Shown: positions 1 through 12,521 of the stretch, piece by piece
Layout of the letters: each line of letters opens with the position of its first letter
How positions within the stretch are numbered: the stretch's first letter is position 1
Assembly: GCF_006345805.1 (NCBI RefSeq)
Contig: NC_042997.1
Location: 135,842,001 to 135,906,000, forward strand
DNA: 64,000 nucleotides
Direction of reading: 5' to 3'
From: Octopus sinensis
Lineage: Eukaryota
Position numbers and translations under genes: made by a program
The notes under the pieces: model-generated
Seen by the model: only the letters and a program-made list of their open reading frames with translations
Told to the model about the DNA's origin: nothing
The model's database searches: none

Positions 1-380
1 GCGACATGGTGATCTCATATCAAGATAAACAGCACATGACCTTGCAGGTGGGGCCCAGTTAGAATTTTCTTCAGGTTGAGTAGCCCATCCCGCTCAAAAG
101 GTCCCTGAATAAGGGTTGTTTAAGGATGTTGAAAGAACCACCCATGTTTCCAGAGGTGAATTATTCAAATCCCAAAGAATCCCTCTCAACACATGGCTAT
201 GATGCTCCCCCACTACTTCTGCTCGTGATCAGAGATGCACATATCGTCAGCCACTAAGGGACATGCTCAACTGGTTAAGGTCAAACAACTGACAAGTAAA
301 TCTGTGGTATTGAGCAGAATATTTGCTGTAGCCCATCTTTTATACCAAGACAAAACAATGTACATGATAACACTTCCAAT
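1..380. mobile_element. Truncated copy of an unclassified ~560-bp interspersed repeat (runs off the window edge)
   Basis: 1-380 matches 556-935 with about 6 substitutions and 1 indel by eye; it stops at ...acttccaat, followed by (TTA)n. Confidence 0.8.
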
Positions 381-383
381 AAG

Positions 384-427
<44 letters not shown>

Positions 428-429
428 CA

Positions 430-985
430 TTGAGTGAGAGAGCAGTTCATGCCATCAAAGTGACACTGGGGTAAAATATACGAAGCCCAATATACCCATC
501 ATGACTACCCGTCTGATAAAGGTACACCAGACACATGCATCACAACCATATGTGCGCGACATGGTGATCTCATATCAAGATAAACAGCACATGACCTTGC
601 AGGTGGGGCCCAGTTAGAATTTTCTTCAGGTTGAGTAGACCATCCCGCTCAAACGGTCCCTGAATAAGGGTTGTTTAAGGATGTTGAAAGAACCACCTAT
701 GTTTCCAGAGGTGAACTATTCAAACCCCAAAGAATCCCTCTCAACACATGGCTATGATGCTCCCCCACTACTTCTGCTCGTGATCAGAGATGCACATATC
801 GTCAGCCACTAAGGGACATGCTCAACTGGTTAAGGTCAAACAACTGACAAGCAAATCTGTGGTATTGAGCAGAATATTTGCTGTAGCCCATCTTTTATAC
901 CAAGACAAAACAATGTACATGATAACACTTCCAATCAGTTAAGATCAGAAGCCATGAGAGCCACTGCCTGGTACTGCATCAGGGC

Positions 986-988
<3 letters not shown>
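430..988. mobile_element. Unclassified non-coding ~560-bp repeat flanked on both sides by (TTA)n
   Basis: Bounded by (TTA)n at ~385-429 and ~989-1038; duplicated at 1-380; no credible ORF. Confidence 0.75.
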
Positions 989-1036
<48 letters not shown>

Positions 1037-1567
1037 CATTGCACTCAGGAGTATTTCGTCTACCGCTACGTTGTGAGTTAATAATAATATTATCATCATC
1101 ATCATCATCATTGTCGGTGTTGCTTTATACGGAACAATAAAAATATACAAACGGAGTATCCCCTCCAAGTCATCATATCTCAAATAAGATAAATAACGAA
1201 ACTGTTAAACAATTAGAGAATGTTATTGATACACACATGAGAGATATATGAATGGTCATCCGAAAAGAAGACTTAGGAATTCTGTTTATCTATGTCTCAA
1301 TTGCAGCAAAAATTTAAACCATATAAGACGAGGCATAAAAACAGACAAAGATGAAACCACTCATGATTTAGTTAATATACTAAAGTAAACAATAGACTAT
1401 TTATATACCGCACATAGACCAGTTCTAAAAATGAATAAATGAAGTAAACGAGAGTTCTCCCTTGGGATCCAATGTTTGCTGCGTTCTTCATGACCAATTT
1501 AAGCGTGCACACGCACACACACATATATATGTGTATATATATGTATACGTATATATATATGTATATG

Positions 1568-1598
<31 letters not shown>

Positions 1599-2756
1599 TT
1601 GTATTTGTGTGTGTGTTTGTATGTGTGTGCGTGTGTGTTGTGTTTGTGTATGTATATACAGTGACAGTGAGAGTAAATAGCTAGTTACCTAGATACATAT
1701 ATAAGTAGAGATATGTGTGTGTGTGTATATATCTACTTTTCTCGCTGTATTGCGTGCCCGTTTCTCTTTGTTTCTATCTGTCATTTTATAGTTATCTTCT
1801 ATATAAATGAAAATATTTCCTCCGTCTGGCTGCTTTTATTTCTACAAAATGAGAAGTTACATTGCAGAACTGTTATTATAACAAGTTGTATCTATTTACC
1901 ACCCGACGACATACATATGCACCGCCGGATGCTCCTGAACCAGTTGTTGAGTGTCCCACCCGTAAATGATCGATGCTAGATGTGTCGAAACAAATGTCGT
2001 GATTAATAATACATTTTCGTATATTCCTTCTTCCGTCTTTCATTTGCCACATATATACATACATGCATATACATATATGTGCGTATATGTGTGTGTATAT
2101 GTATGCATACAAACAGAACGTTCTTGCACAAACATACACGAATACACACAGTAGACTGCTATACATACACATATTAATCTTATAACCTTATCAGTATTAT
2201 CATAAACGACACAGCAGACTTTCATCAACCAAGTTTGTTAAGAACTTACAGTATTCTCAAAGCATGTTGACGTCTACGTGTTTGTTAACACACTCTATTG
2301 TTCTTCCTTATGAACGAAATCTGGCTACTACAAAATTCATCAAATCAAATTATACCAGTGTTGCATCTGAAAATATCAGTGCCCATGTTGGAAATTAGCT
2401 GCTGCACACCGCTATTTCACAAATATTATTTATTACAAGCGTAAGTAACCACAAATATATTTCGGTCCTTAACTTAGTGACATCAATAAACATATTTAAA
2501 TTATGTAGTTGATACCATTCATATATTTTTTTTTTACTTAAAAAGTCCGGTTTGTTGGTCATGGACGATACATTTGTTTCGAAGTTACTGCAGATCATAG
2601 ATAACAAATCGCGTCCTACCTTTTAGTATTGAGAACAGTAGAGGTTCATTTTATAGCAATGACTCCATTTCTATACATAATTATTCGGTTTGAATGTAAT
2701 TGATTGATCACATCCCTTTTCAGTAAGGGTACAGAAACAGACAAACTGATACATCT

Positions 2757-3165
2757 TTTCTTTTATCTTTTATCTTTTACTTATTTTAAGTCATGAGACT
2801 GCGACCATGCTGGGGCACCGCCTTGAGGACAATTTAGTCGAATGACTCGACCCCAGTACTTATTTTTTAAAGACTGGTACTTATTCTATCGATTTCTTTT
2901 GCCGAATTGCTAAGTTACGGGAGCGTAAACACACCACAAACGGTTATCAAGTGGTGGCAAGGGGGGACAAACAGAGACACAAATACACACACACATAGAT
3001 ATATACATATATGTATACGACGGGCTTCTTTCAATTTCCTTCTACCAGATTCCTCACACGGCTTTGGTCGGCCTGGGGCTATGGAAGAAGGTATTTACAT
3101 AAAGTGTAATGCAGTGGGACTGAACCCGGAACCATGTGCTTTGGAAGCAAGCTTCTTATCACAGA
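2757..3165 (-). mobile_element. tRNA-derived SINE (head, internal microsatellite, tail), full length
   Basis: Reverse complement matches the SINE head at 27624/49221/54895 (ggttccgggttcagtcccactgc...ccgaccaaagcc) and the tail at 59556-59755 (ggggtcga...ccagcatgg.cgcagtc). Confidence 0.85.
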
Positions 3166-3199
3166 AAAATAAGAAAAATCTTTTTTTACGAATTTCTGA

Positions 3200-4620
3200 A
3201 TAAACTTCATATCTTAGATTATCTGGAATAGCAATGTTGCATATTGGTTTCAAATCTTTCAAGAACGTATTTTCGAAACGCCTCTAAATATTTTTTAGAT
3301 CTTTCATACATAGTCGTAGGAATCTTTATATAGTCAAGAAGATCTCTTCGCAAACATGTGGTTTTAGTTTCAATTTCTACTCCATTGCCCTTTGAGCAAT
3401 TGACCATTGAGTAATTTGTCTCTGACTCGCCAATGCAGTCCGAGTGAATTTGATAGACGGAAATTATGCGGATACCTACCACCCACGTATGCTATGATGG
3501 GATTCGAACTTAGGAATCAGAGACTCAATAAGTACTGCAAGTTTTCTGGCCCAACGTTCTTAAAATTCTACTTATGTATTGCCTTGGTTGGGCACAATTT
3601 TATCGATCCCAAGATGATACTTTATAATATTTTCCTCTGAAGGATTTAAAATTTGAGCACACATACTTAGACAGTAAAAATATTATGTCCACTCATTTCG
3701 CCTCTTATATAGTGGACAGTCTTCGAGAGTCCTTATGATTATTCAGATGAATCAAAGAAATGCAACGTATGATTAGTGAAAGTATATAACATTTTGTGTC
3801 ATTATCTCAGAATGTTAATCGGACTCTAAATATTATCTGCTTGTTGATCTAGGAACATATTTCCTTTCAAAAATATCAAATAGAAGAAGTATAAGAAATC
3901 CAGCTACCGCCAAGCAGTTATCATTTATCCACACCACCTCCTTGATAATCAAATCTGCTCCTATACAATAGAAAATCAGACCGATAACATCTGAATAAAT
4001 CCCACAGAAAAAGGGAAGCAAAATACCGCCACTTTATGACGTGTATTCATACATCAACCTAAAACAGATTGGCTGAGAGGTATTCATTTACCTATTGCAA
4101 AAATCACGTACGTTATTCCCTCTTTCTCTATAAGTTAGACCAACTATATCAACACTTTGTACAATATATATATAATGGAAACCGCATTTATGTAAAGTTT
4201 CCTTTTGTTGATCGCATAAATAGAATATTTATATATTCTATGCTTGAAAGATTGTACTAAGCCATGCCTCGTGTAATTACTATTGAATTATGATCGCCCT
4301 GCAAGGTCAAGTTTTGTAACATGGAAATAATTCGTAAGTTTTGTTATACGTTGAACATTCCTCAAGTATGTGAACACTTAGATAAAGCGTAATGGCATGT
4401 TGTATGATGGTTTTTGGTTTGTTTTTACCGGCAACTTGGCATTTTCCAAAAGTCCTGCACTCATGTTGATGCATACAAAAAGGAAGTCGCACCAAAATCT
4501 CAATGTAGAGAGGTTCTTTTTTCTTCTTTTTAGGATGTAAGTACCGGATCGAAAGATTACATGTAACTATGAATTTGAGTTTATTATTAAAAGTAGAAAA
4601 AATAAATTTCAAGCTTTTTG
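3200..4620 (-). mobile_element. Highly decayed CR1/L2-group LINE reverse transcriptase remnant
   Basis: Minus-strand peptides in broken frames resemble the C-terminal CR1/L2 RT region (RRDLLDYIKI resembles RxDLIxxYKI; a degraded VQRQxT); many stops. Confidence 0.5.
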
Positions 4621-5849
4621 TGAACTATGCCGATGAGATATTATACAAACTGACATGAAGAGAAAAGTACATTTCTACAACATACCACCATAGATATATT
4701 TAAATTTAATTCATTATTATTAAACAAGAATATTATTGGCAGTGTCTTCAAAATTTCGGCCAATTCCGCCATCATGGGACTTCGATGTATTAAAGTTAAT
4801 TTTGGCTTTATATACTATCTTTTGAGTTAAAATATTCCTTGAGTTGAACGGAGAAGTAATTAGCTTGTAATGTAGGTTAGGGAAGAGAGATGCACTGGAG
4901 AATTTTTTATTGATTGAATTTGGGTTTATGCTAATGTTTAGAATTTATTCATGTATGTTAAACAGGTGCGTACCTGTCGATGTGTTCCTTTCAAGGCATG
5001 GTTGTATTTTAGTGCTTCACAAAAAGGATGTAGATAGGTCTAGGATATGCCAGTTGTTTTAGTTATTTTTAGTTCTATTGGATTTAATCTTTTGCTTGGA
5101 CAATATAAAAGTCAAAATTCCAATGTTTAGTCCAGAATTTAAAAACCTAGAAATTGGGTGCATCAACGTTTTTGTAATTAAATTTCTTAAGGGTTCATAA
5201 AATTATGTAAGTAGATATTGTGTTTCAGCTGGTTAGTTTCTTCCCATGTTGTTGTTATTTAGAATATTTCCTGTTTGTATTTGGAAGGTGGGGATTTTAG
5301 TCTGACATGTCATGGTGCTAATAGTATAGAAACTTCTTTATCATGTACTTTGATCTCCCCAGTGGATGTGGATACGTGTAAAATTCGTTACTCAGTATGT
5401 TTTCTGTCTAGGGTTTCATTTTTCTGGAAACAATTTTATCAATATGCGGAAATTCTAGCCTTTGTGTTTTATGGATGCAAAGTTGGTGGGCTATGTGTTT
5501 GTATACATTTTTTTTCAATTCTGTTTCAAACGTGGGTATTTTATGATATATTATTTTAGGTCTAAATTTATTTGCGAAAGTGATTATTTTAAAAAGTGTT
5601 TATATACTCTTGTATAAAAATGGGAATAAAATTAAATTCAAATGGTTCATTTAGAAATTAGAATATGTTAATTCTTATATTCTTGCTAAGTCATTATTGT
5701 CATACTTTTTCTCCACAACTCATGGCTGCAGTAATATACAGTAACCCATTTACTGTGGAAAATGTAACAAGTGAGAAAGCTGAAGCAAAATCTCATGAAA
5801 ATAATGTACCAACATGGTGTATGTTAAATAACATTGTTTTTCCTTTCCA

Positions 5850-7009
5850 TTAGCAACGTATGCTTCAAAGGTGCAACACTGTTTCGCATTTCTTTTGAGA
5901 AACTTTCCTTTTGATATGAGAGTGCAGCGTGTGTTATTTGACTTTCATAGTTAATGAAAATTAGTCATCAAAAAAACAGAAAATCAACTACTAATGAAAT
6001 TAGTCTCAACAGTGAGTTTGCGTACACTGCTGACAATGTAAATATAAACTATGCAGAACACAAGGATGTATAATAAAAACTGAAACTGGCTCAAGGCAAT
6101 ATTCTTCCTGTAAATTGTCTAGATCATATTTTCCTCAAAGCATCAATATTATTTAAATGGAAACTGAAATTTGATTTTCAAAATATGTTGCAAATAATGT
6201 ATAAACACTGCAGCGCTTCAGATGAAAGTACATCACAATTACATTAATTTTGTGAATTCGTGTATGTTGATGGTTGTCATCTCTTTCAGAATGTTGTAAC
6301 TAGATGGCTCTCACTTCCACAAACTATTGACAATATGCTTAAGTACAGGAAAACTCTAAAATGTTATTTTCAGAGAATCGGTAAGGATGAATGCCCCATC
6401 GATTGAGAGAGGAATAGCGAACTAATTTTGTCTTTAGTTTTGCATGAAGCACCAATCGTAACTAGCATATCATGGGTGTGTCTAAGAAGTGTGAAATTGA
6501 TTTCATTGCTATCTACGATAGTCCCATTAAGTACTATCAAAAGTACTTTCCCTGAAAACAGGCTTGATAACAATTGATCGAAATTTAGCCAAACACTTTC
6601 CATATCTTATGACTGCTCCTAACTTAATGCCCTTTAAATCTTCCACCACCGTTCGAATTTGTAAATGGAACTTGAAGCTCTTGCTATAAAGGCTGACCGG
6701 ACTCAAATTTAGGTTATCATTCAACCACCTTTGCGCGAAATTACCGCACAATATATCCATTATCTTCAGTAAAAACTTGTAACATTCGATATATTGAAAA
6801 TATATAATATGGAAATAAAATGAAGAAATTGGGATTATAGAAAACATTATAAAAATGACTGAGATTATAAATAACCATAATGAAGACCACTCGCTGAAAC
6901 TATTCACTAAATCTGAGGAAGCACTGATAAATCTGGAAAAGCTGGGTGCTGATATATTCTCTATTCCATGCAGTAATGCTCGCATTGAACGAGCTTTTCC
7001 AATCTCGAG
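5850..7009 (+). pseudogene. hAT-superfamily transposase remnant
   Basis: TADN (6026), CLDH (6116, CxxH) and TRWLSL (6299) lie in one frame with stops; the C-terminal dimerisation motif IFSIPCSNARIERAF is in ORF 6855-7055; it is cut at 7009 by a later insertion. Confidence 0.8.
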
Positions 7010-7631
7010 CTGGTTTAGGGATGTAATACCCATTACTGTCCTCAGTATGACATAACACATAGTACATAATTACAAACATTTATACATGCCATACGAACAC
7101 AAGGTATTTGATAAAATCCTATGTAGATTTTTATCCTTGATCGTAATGATAAATACGAATTCACATCAACCAGTTTTATTCGCTGCTGAATTAGTTTGGT
7201 TCTTTACACGTGACTGAGATGAACGAACGAAATTTAACTTGTGTATAGGTATGAACATTTGTATATGCACTGTACATACATGGTGGTCGTATAGTATGTA
7301 TAAATGTTTATAATTATGTAATTTCAGTTAAGTCATACTGAGGACGGTAAAGGGTATTACATCCCTAAACCAGAAATCATTCTATGGGTAAACCTTTTTA
7401 AAAAAATCTTTTTTACTCATTTCCCTCGCTTTCAGCCCGTGTCTGTGTGATAAATAAGCCAGTTTTAGAGTTATATTGCGTCTACTTCTAGCATGTGGAG
7501 TTATCCAGTATTTGCCCTTGTTATAATTATATTTTTAACATTAAATACTTTGTATTTATTTTGTACCTAAATGGTTTATTACATGCTAGTTACTTGATAA
7601 AGTCCTATATAGATTTTATCCTTGATCATAA

Positions 7632-7634
<3 letters not shown>
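7010..7634 (+). mobile_element. PLE pLTR-type non-coding insertion with inverted 5' piece, HHR relic and terminal direct repeat
   Basis: 7010-7087 is the reverse complement of 7296-7373; cata-CTGAGGA...GAAAT-cattc-tatg at 7334-7386; ~40-bp direct repeat at 7109-7149 and 7595-7634. Confidence 0.7.
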
Positions 7635-7635
<1 letters not shown>

Positions 7636-7691
<56 letters not shown>

Positions 7692-8007
7692 GTGTGAGTG
7701 GCCGTGTGTGTAATAAAGAGTCAATGAATCGGAAAAGAGCTCGAAAGGAAATCATTGAGAAATGATGATGATGATGATGATGATGATGATGGTGATGATC
7801 GAAGAGGAGGATGGGGAAAATGATGATGATGGTGAGGAAGAAGAAGAAAAAGAAGAAGAAGAACAGGGAAGAAGAGGAAGAAAGAGGAGAAGGAGAAGGT
7901 GATGATCATGAACATGATGATGAAGGAGGAGAACTAGGACGAGAGGCGGAGGAGGTCAACGACGAGGAAGAGAGTTGGGAAGAAGAAGAAGAAGAAGAAG
8001 AAGAAGA

Positions 8008-8049
<42 letters not shown>

Positions 8050-8100
8050 AAGAAGAAGAAGAAGAAGAAGAAGAAGAAGAAGAAGAAGAAGAAGAGAAAG
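7636..8100. repeat. Compound microsatellite (TG)n, (GAT)n and long (GAA/GAG)n polypurine tract
   Basis: Read directly; it explains the poly-E/K/R ORFs at 7811-8223. Confidence 0.95.
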
Positions 8101-8318
8101 CTATACATTTATAAAACGCAACGCTATAGAAATTTCATAAAGAAAAATGAACGGCAGGATACTAATCATGCGAAAGACGCAGTAAATCATTTAAAATATA
8201 TACTTAAGGTCAAGTTAGAATGAATGAATAAGTTTGTATAGATATGTGTGCAAAAATTAGGTTTATATCTAATAAAACATATACGTGTGTGTGTACGGGT
8301 TACATGCATACTTATATA

Positions 8319-8372
<54 letters not shown>

Positions 8373-8471
8373 TATATATATATATATATATATTTACGCA
8401 CACACACATATATATTTACATATATATATATATGTACTTACACACACACACACATATATATGTATATATAT

Positions 8472-11400
8472 ATATAGAAGGGCTTAGTAAAATAAATTAC
8501 TTTGCCGCATACTGAACTCATTAGAAATAGCAGCTAAAAAACTTTTTTAAAGCTATTTCTAATACTTAAAGAAAATCTCTCTCATATATAGTGTTTGCTT
8601 AATTCAACTCACAAAAGTTTGGGGGTAAGGACATCGAAAAATCATAATTGAAATTATAATTAATCTCCCTCTGATTAATGCTTCGGATTTTACCGAAATA
8701 AGCATAGTGTTTGATGATTTTAACCCACGCTGGTGGAAAGGGGAGAACAGAGATTCTTCGCTTGCTTATTTGAATTTGTTGGCACTGTTAGTTGGGAGCA
8801 GATCTTCGAAAGGGTATGTTCTTATTTTCAGTGTTTCCAAATCCAACCAAGGAATTTCTGAGCCGATGATAGAAATGTTGTTTTGACTAATCTTGAAACG
8901 TACGTTCTCGAATAACCTTAGCATTTGATTTTTCGATGTCCTTACCCCCAAACTTTTGTGAGTTGAATTAAGCAAACACTATATATGAGAGAGATTTTCT
9001 TTAAGTATTAGAAATAGCTTTAAAAAAGTTTTTTAGCTGCTATTTCTAATGAGTTCAGTATGCGGCAAAGTAATTTATTTTACTAAGCCCTTTTATATAA
9101 TGTAATAATTTGAATTCGCCTTGAATGGTCCCTTTGCATACTGAACACTTGGTGAAATTGATTAATAATTAATTAATTTTACCCTCAATTGTTGAAATTA
9201 TAATTAATCTCCCTCTGATTAATGCTTCGGATTTTACCGAAATAAGCATAGTGTTTGATGATTTTAACCCACGCTGGTGGAAAGGGGAGAACAGAGATTC
9301 TTCGCTTGCTTATTTGAATTTGTTGGCACTGTTAGTTGGGAGCAGATCTTCGAAAGGGTATGTTCTTATTTTCAGTGTTTCCAAATCCAAACCAAGGAAT
9401 TTCTGAGCCGATGATAGAAATGTTGTTTTGACTAATCTTGAAACGTACGTTCTCGAATAACCTTAGCATTTGATTTTTCGATGTCCTTACCCCCAAACTT
9501 TTGTGAGTTGAATTAAGCAAACACTATATATGAGAGAGATTTTCTTAAGTATTAGAAATAGCTTTAAAAAAGTTTTTTAGCTGCTATTTCTAATGAGTTC
9601 AGTATGCGGCAAAGTAATTTATTTTACTAAGCCCTTTTATATAATGTAATAATTTGAATTCGCCTTGAATGGTCCCTTTGCATACTGAACACTTGGTGAA
9701 ATTGATTAATAATTAATTAATTTTGCCCTCAATTGTTGAAATTATAATTAATCTCCCTCTGATTAATGCTTCGGATTTTACCGAAATAAGCATAGTGTTT
9801 GATGATTTTAACCCACGCTGGTGGAAAGGGGAGAACAGAGATTCTTCGCTTGCTTATTTGAATTTGTTGGCACTGTTAGTTGGGAGCAGATCTTCGAAAG
9901 GGTATGTTCTTATTTTCAGTGTTTCCAAATCCAAACCAAGGAATTTCTGAGCCGATGATAGAAATGTTGTTTTGACTAATCTTGAAACGTACGTTCTCGA
10001 ATAACCTTAGCATTTGATTTTTCGATGTCCTTACCCCCAAACTTTTGTGAGTTGAATTAAGCAAACACTATATATGAGAGAGATTTTCTTTAAGTATTAG
10101 AAATAGCTTTAAAAAAGTTTTTTAGCTGCTATTTCTAATGAGTTCAGTATGCGGCAAGTAATTTATTTTACTAAGCCCTTTTATATAATGTAATAATTTG
10201 AATTCGCCTTGAATGGTCCCTTTGCATACTGAACACTTGGTGAATTGATTAATAATTAATTAATTTTACCCTCAATTGTTGAAATTATAATTAATCTCCC
10301 TCTGATTAATGCTTCGGATTTTACCGAAATAAGCATAGTGTTTGATGATTTTAACCCACGCTGGTGGAAGGGGAGAACAGAGATTCTTCGCTTGCTTATT
10401 TGATTTGTTGGCACTGTTAGTTGGGAGCAGATCTTCGAAAGGGTATGTTCTTATTTTCAGTGTTTCCAAATCCAAACCAAGGAATTCTGAGCCGATGATA
10501 GAAATGTTGTTTTGACTAATCTTGAAACGTACGTTCTCGAATAACCTTAGCATTTGATTTTTCGATGTCCTTACCCCCAAACTTTTGTGAGTTGAATTAA
10601 GCAAACACTATATATGAGAGAGATTTTCTTAAGTATTAGAAATAGCTTTAAAAAAGTTTTTTAGCTGCTATTTCTAATGAGTTCAGTATGCGGCAAAGTA
10701 ATTTATTTTACTAAGCCCTTTTATATAATGTAATAATTTGAATTCGCCTTGAATGGTCCCTTTGCATACTGAACACTTGGTGAAATTGATTAATAATTAA
10801 TTAATTTTGCCCTCAATTGTTGAAATTATAATTAATCTCCCTCTGATTAATGCTTCGGATTTTACCGAAATAAGCATAGTGTTTGATGATTTTAACCCAC
10901 GCTGGTGGAAAGGGGAGAACAGAGATTCTTCGCTTGCTTATTTGAATTTGTTGGCACTGTTAGTTGGGAGCAGATCTTCGAAAGGGTATGTTCTTATTTT
11001 CAGTGTTTCCAAATCCAACCAAGGAATTTCTGAGCCGATGATAGAAATGTTGTTTTGACTAATCTTGAAACGTACGTTCTCGAATACCTTAGCATTTGAT
11101 TTTTCGATGTCCTTACCCCCAAACTTTTGTGAGTTGAATTAAGCAAACACTATATATGAGAGAGATTTTCTTTAAGTATTAGAAATAGCTTTAAAAAAGT
11201 TTTTTAGCTGCTATTCTAATGAGTTCAGTATGCGGCAAAGTAATTTATTTTACTAAGCCCTTTTATATAATGTAATAATTTGAATTCGCCTTGAATGGTC
11301 CCTTTGCATACTGAACACTTGGTGAAATTGATTAATAATTAATTAATTTTGCCCTCAATTGTTGAATTATAATTAATCTCCCTCTGATTAATGCTTCGGA

Positions 11401-11910
11401 TTTTACCGAAATAAGCATAGTGTTTGATGATTTTAACCCACGCTGGTGGAAGGGGAGAACAGAGATTCTTCGCTTGCTTATTTGAATTTGTTGGCACTGT
11501 TAGTTGGGAGCAGATCTTCGAAAGGGTATGTTCTTATTTTCAGTGTTTCCAAATCCAACCAAGGAATTTCTGAGCCGATGATAGAAATGTTGTTTTGACT
11601 AATCTTGAAACGTACGTTCTCGAATAACCTTAGCATTTGATTTTTCGATGTCCTTACCCCCAAACTTTTGTGAGTTGAATTAAGCAAACACTATATATGA
11701 GAGAGATTTTCTTTAAGTATTAGAAATAGCTTTAAAAAAGTTTTTTAGCTGCTATTTCTAATGAGTTCAGTATGCGGCAAAGTAATTTATTTTACTAAGC
11801 CCTTTTATATAATGTAATAATTTGAATTCGCCTTGAATGGTCCCTTTGCATACTGAACACTTGGTGAAATTGATTAATAATTAATTAATTTTGCCCTCAA
11901 TTGTTGAAAT
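8472..11910 (+). mobile_element. Head-to-tail array of 6 x ~545-bp units with an inverted ~170-bp cap; retrozyme/PLE-pLTR-like
   Basis: Units end at ...caattgttgaaat (9198, 9742, 10285, 10826, 11367, 11910); 8478-8644 is the reverse complement of an internal unit segment; one HHR-like motif per unit; flanked by (TA)n. Confidence 0.9.
8856..8912 (+). ncRNA. Type I hammerhead-like motif with CCGAUGA core (repeated; cores at 8863, 9408, 9952, 10492, 11035, 11575)
   Basis: ttc(t)gag-CCGATGA-t aga..tct t-GAAAC-gtac-GTT-ctcgaa; stem III AACGTACGTT is a perfect 10-bp palindrome; U4 is replaced by C. Confidence 0.7.
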
Positions 11911-11989
11911 GTATATATATATATATTCTTACACACACACACACACACACCCATATATATATATATAAACGCACACATATATATATATA

Positions 11990-12380
11990 AACGCAGTAGC
12001 GGAAAATAAAACATTCGGACAGATATACGATACAAAGGTGGACAACAGAAACAACAGGCAAACGTGGCCTTCTTTCCTCAGTCAAGTACAAGAAGTCACA
12101 ACCGGTTCAGTCAGTTACACTTGAGACGGTTCGATTTGGTTGCCCCCCAAAAGTCTAAGCTAAATACATTAGACCCCTGAGTAAGAAACCTAGGAAATGT
12201 GAAAGGCAGCAAATACAAAAAATGGAGAAAATGGTACACAATTACGAATACAAACAACAAGAAATAAAACAGGTGTCTCTCGACTCAGAACGAATCAAAC
12301 TGAGCTGGCGTGTATGAAGTGAAAGCCTAAAGGCAGGAACATAGGAGATGGACATAAGGGGTGTTGTCAATCGGCAGTCA
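11990..12380 (-). mobile_element. Probable PLE pLTR fragment with degenerate HHR-like halves
   Basis: Minus strand GAAcc-GTC-tcaagt...acttga-CTGAGGA at 12132-12075; adjacent to microsatellite. Confidence 0.4.
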
Positions 12381-12471
12381 GGCAAAGAAAGAAAGATCAT
12401 GGCTAGCTGGACACATAATGATATATATATAATTATATATATATAGTGATATATTTATAAAATCAAGGATA

Positions 12472-12521
<50 letters not shown>

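Noticed and set aside
1955-2003. GAAAC-aaat-GTC relic (similar ones on the minus strand near 2570 and 15295)
   Set aside because: No recognisable CUGANGA in register; at best very old relics.
9110-9190. HDV-like double-pseudoknot order at the unit 3' end (aattcgcc/ggtgaaatt; ttgaatggt/accctcaa)
   Set aside because: No P3/L3/P1.1 match and no catalytic C in J4/2.
8766-11687. Repeated ORFs MLNSTHKSLG... and MPSIVEII... in the array
   Set aside because: Short, broken differently in each unit, non-ATG starts in places and no recognisable domain.
8655-11910. Array as a CRISPR locus or classical satellite
   Set aside because: There are no unique spacers or cas genes in this eukaryotic DNA. A dispersed TSD-flanked sibling and the inverted cap argue for a mobile origin rather than a satellite.
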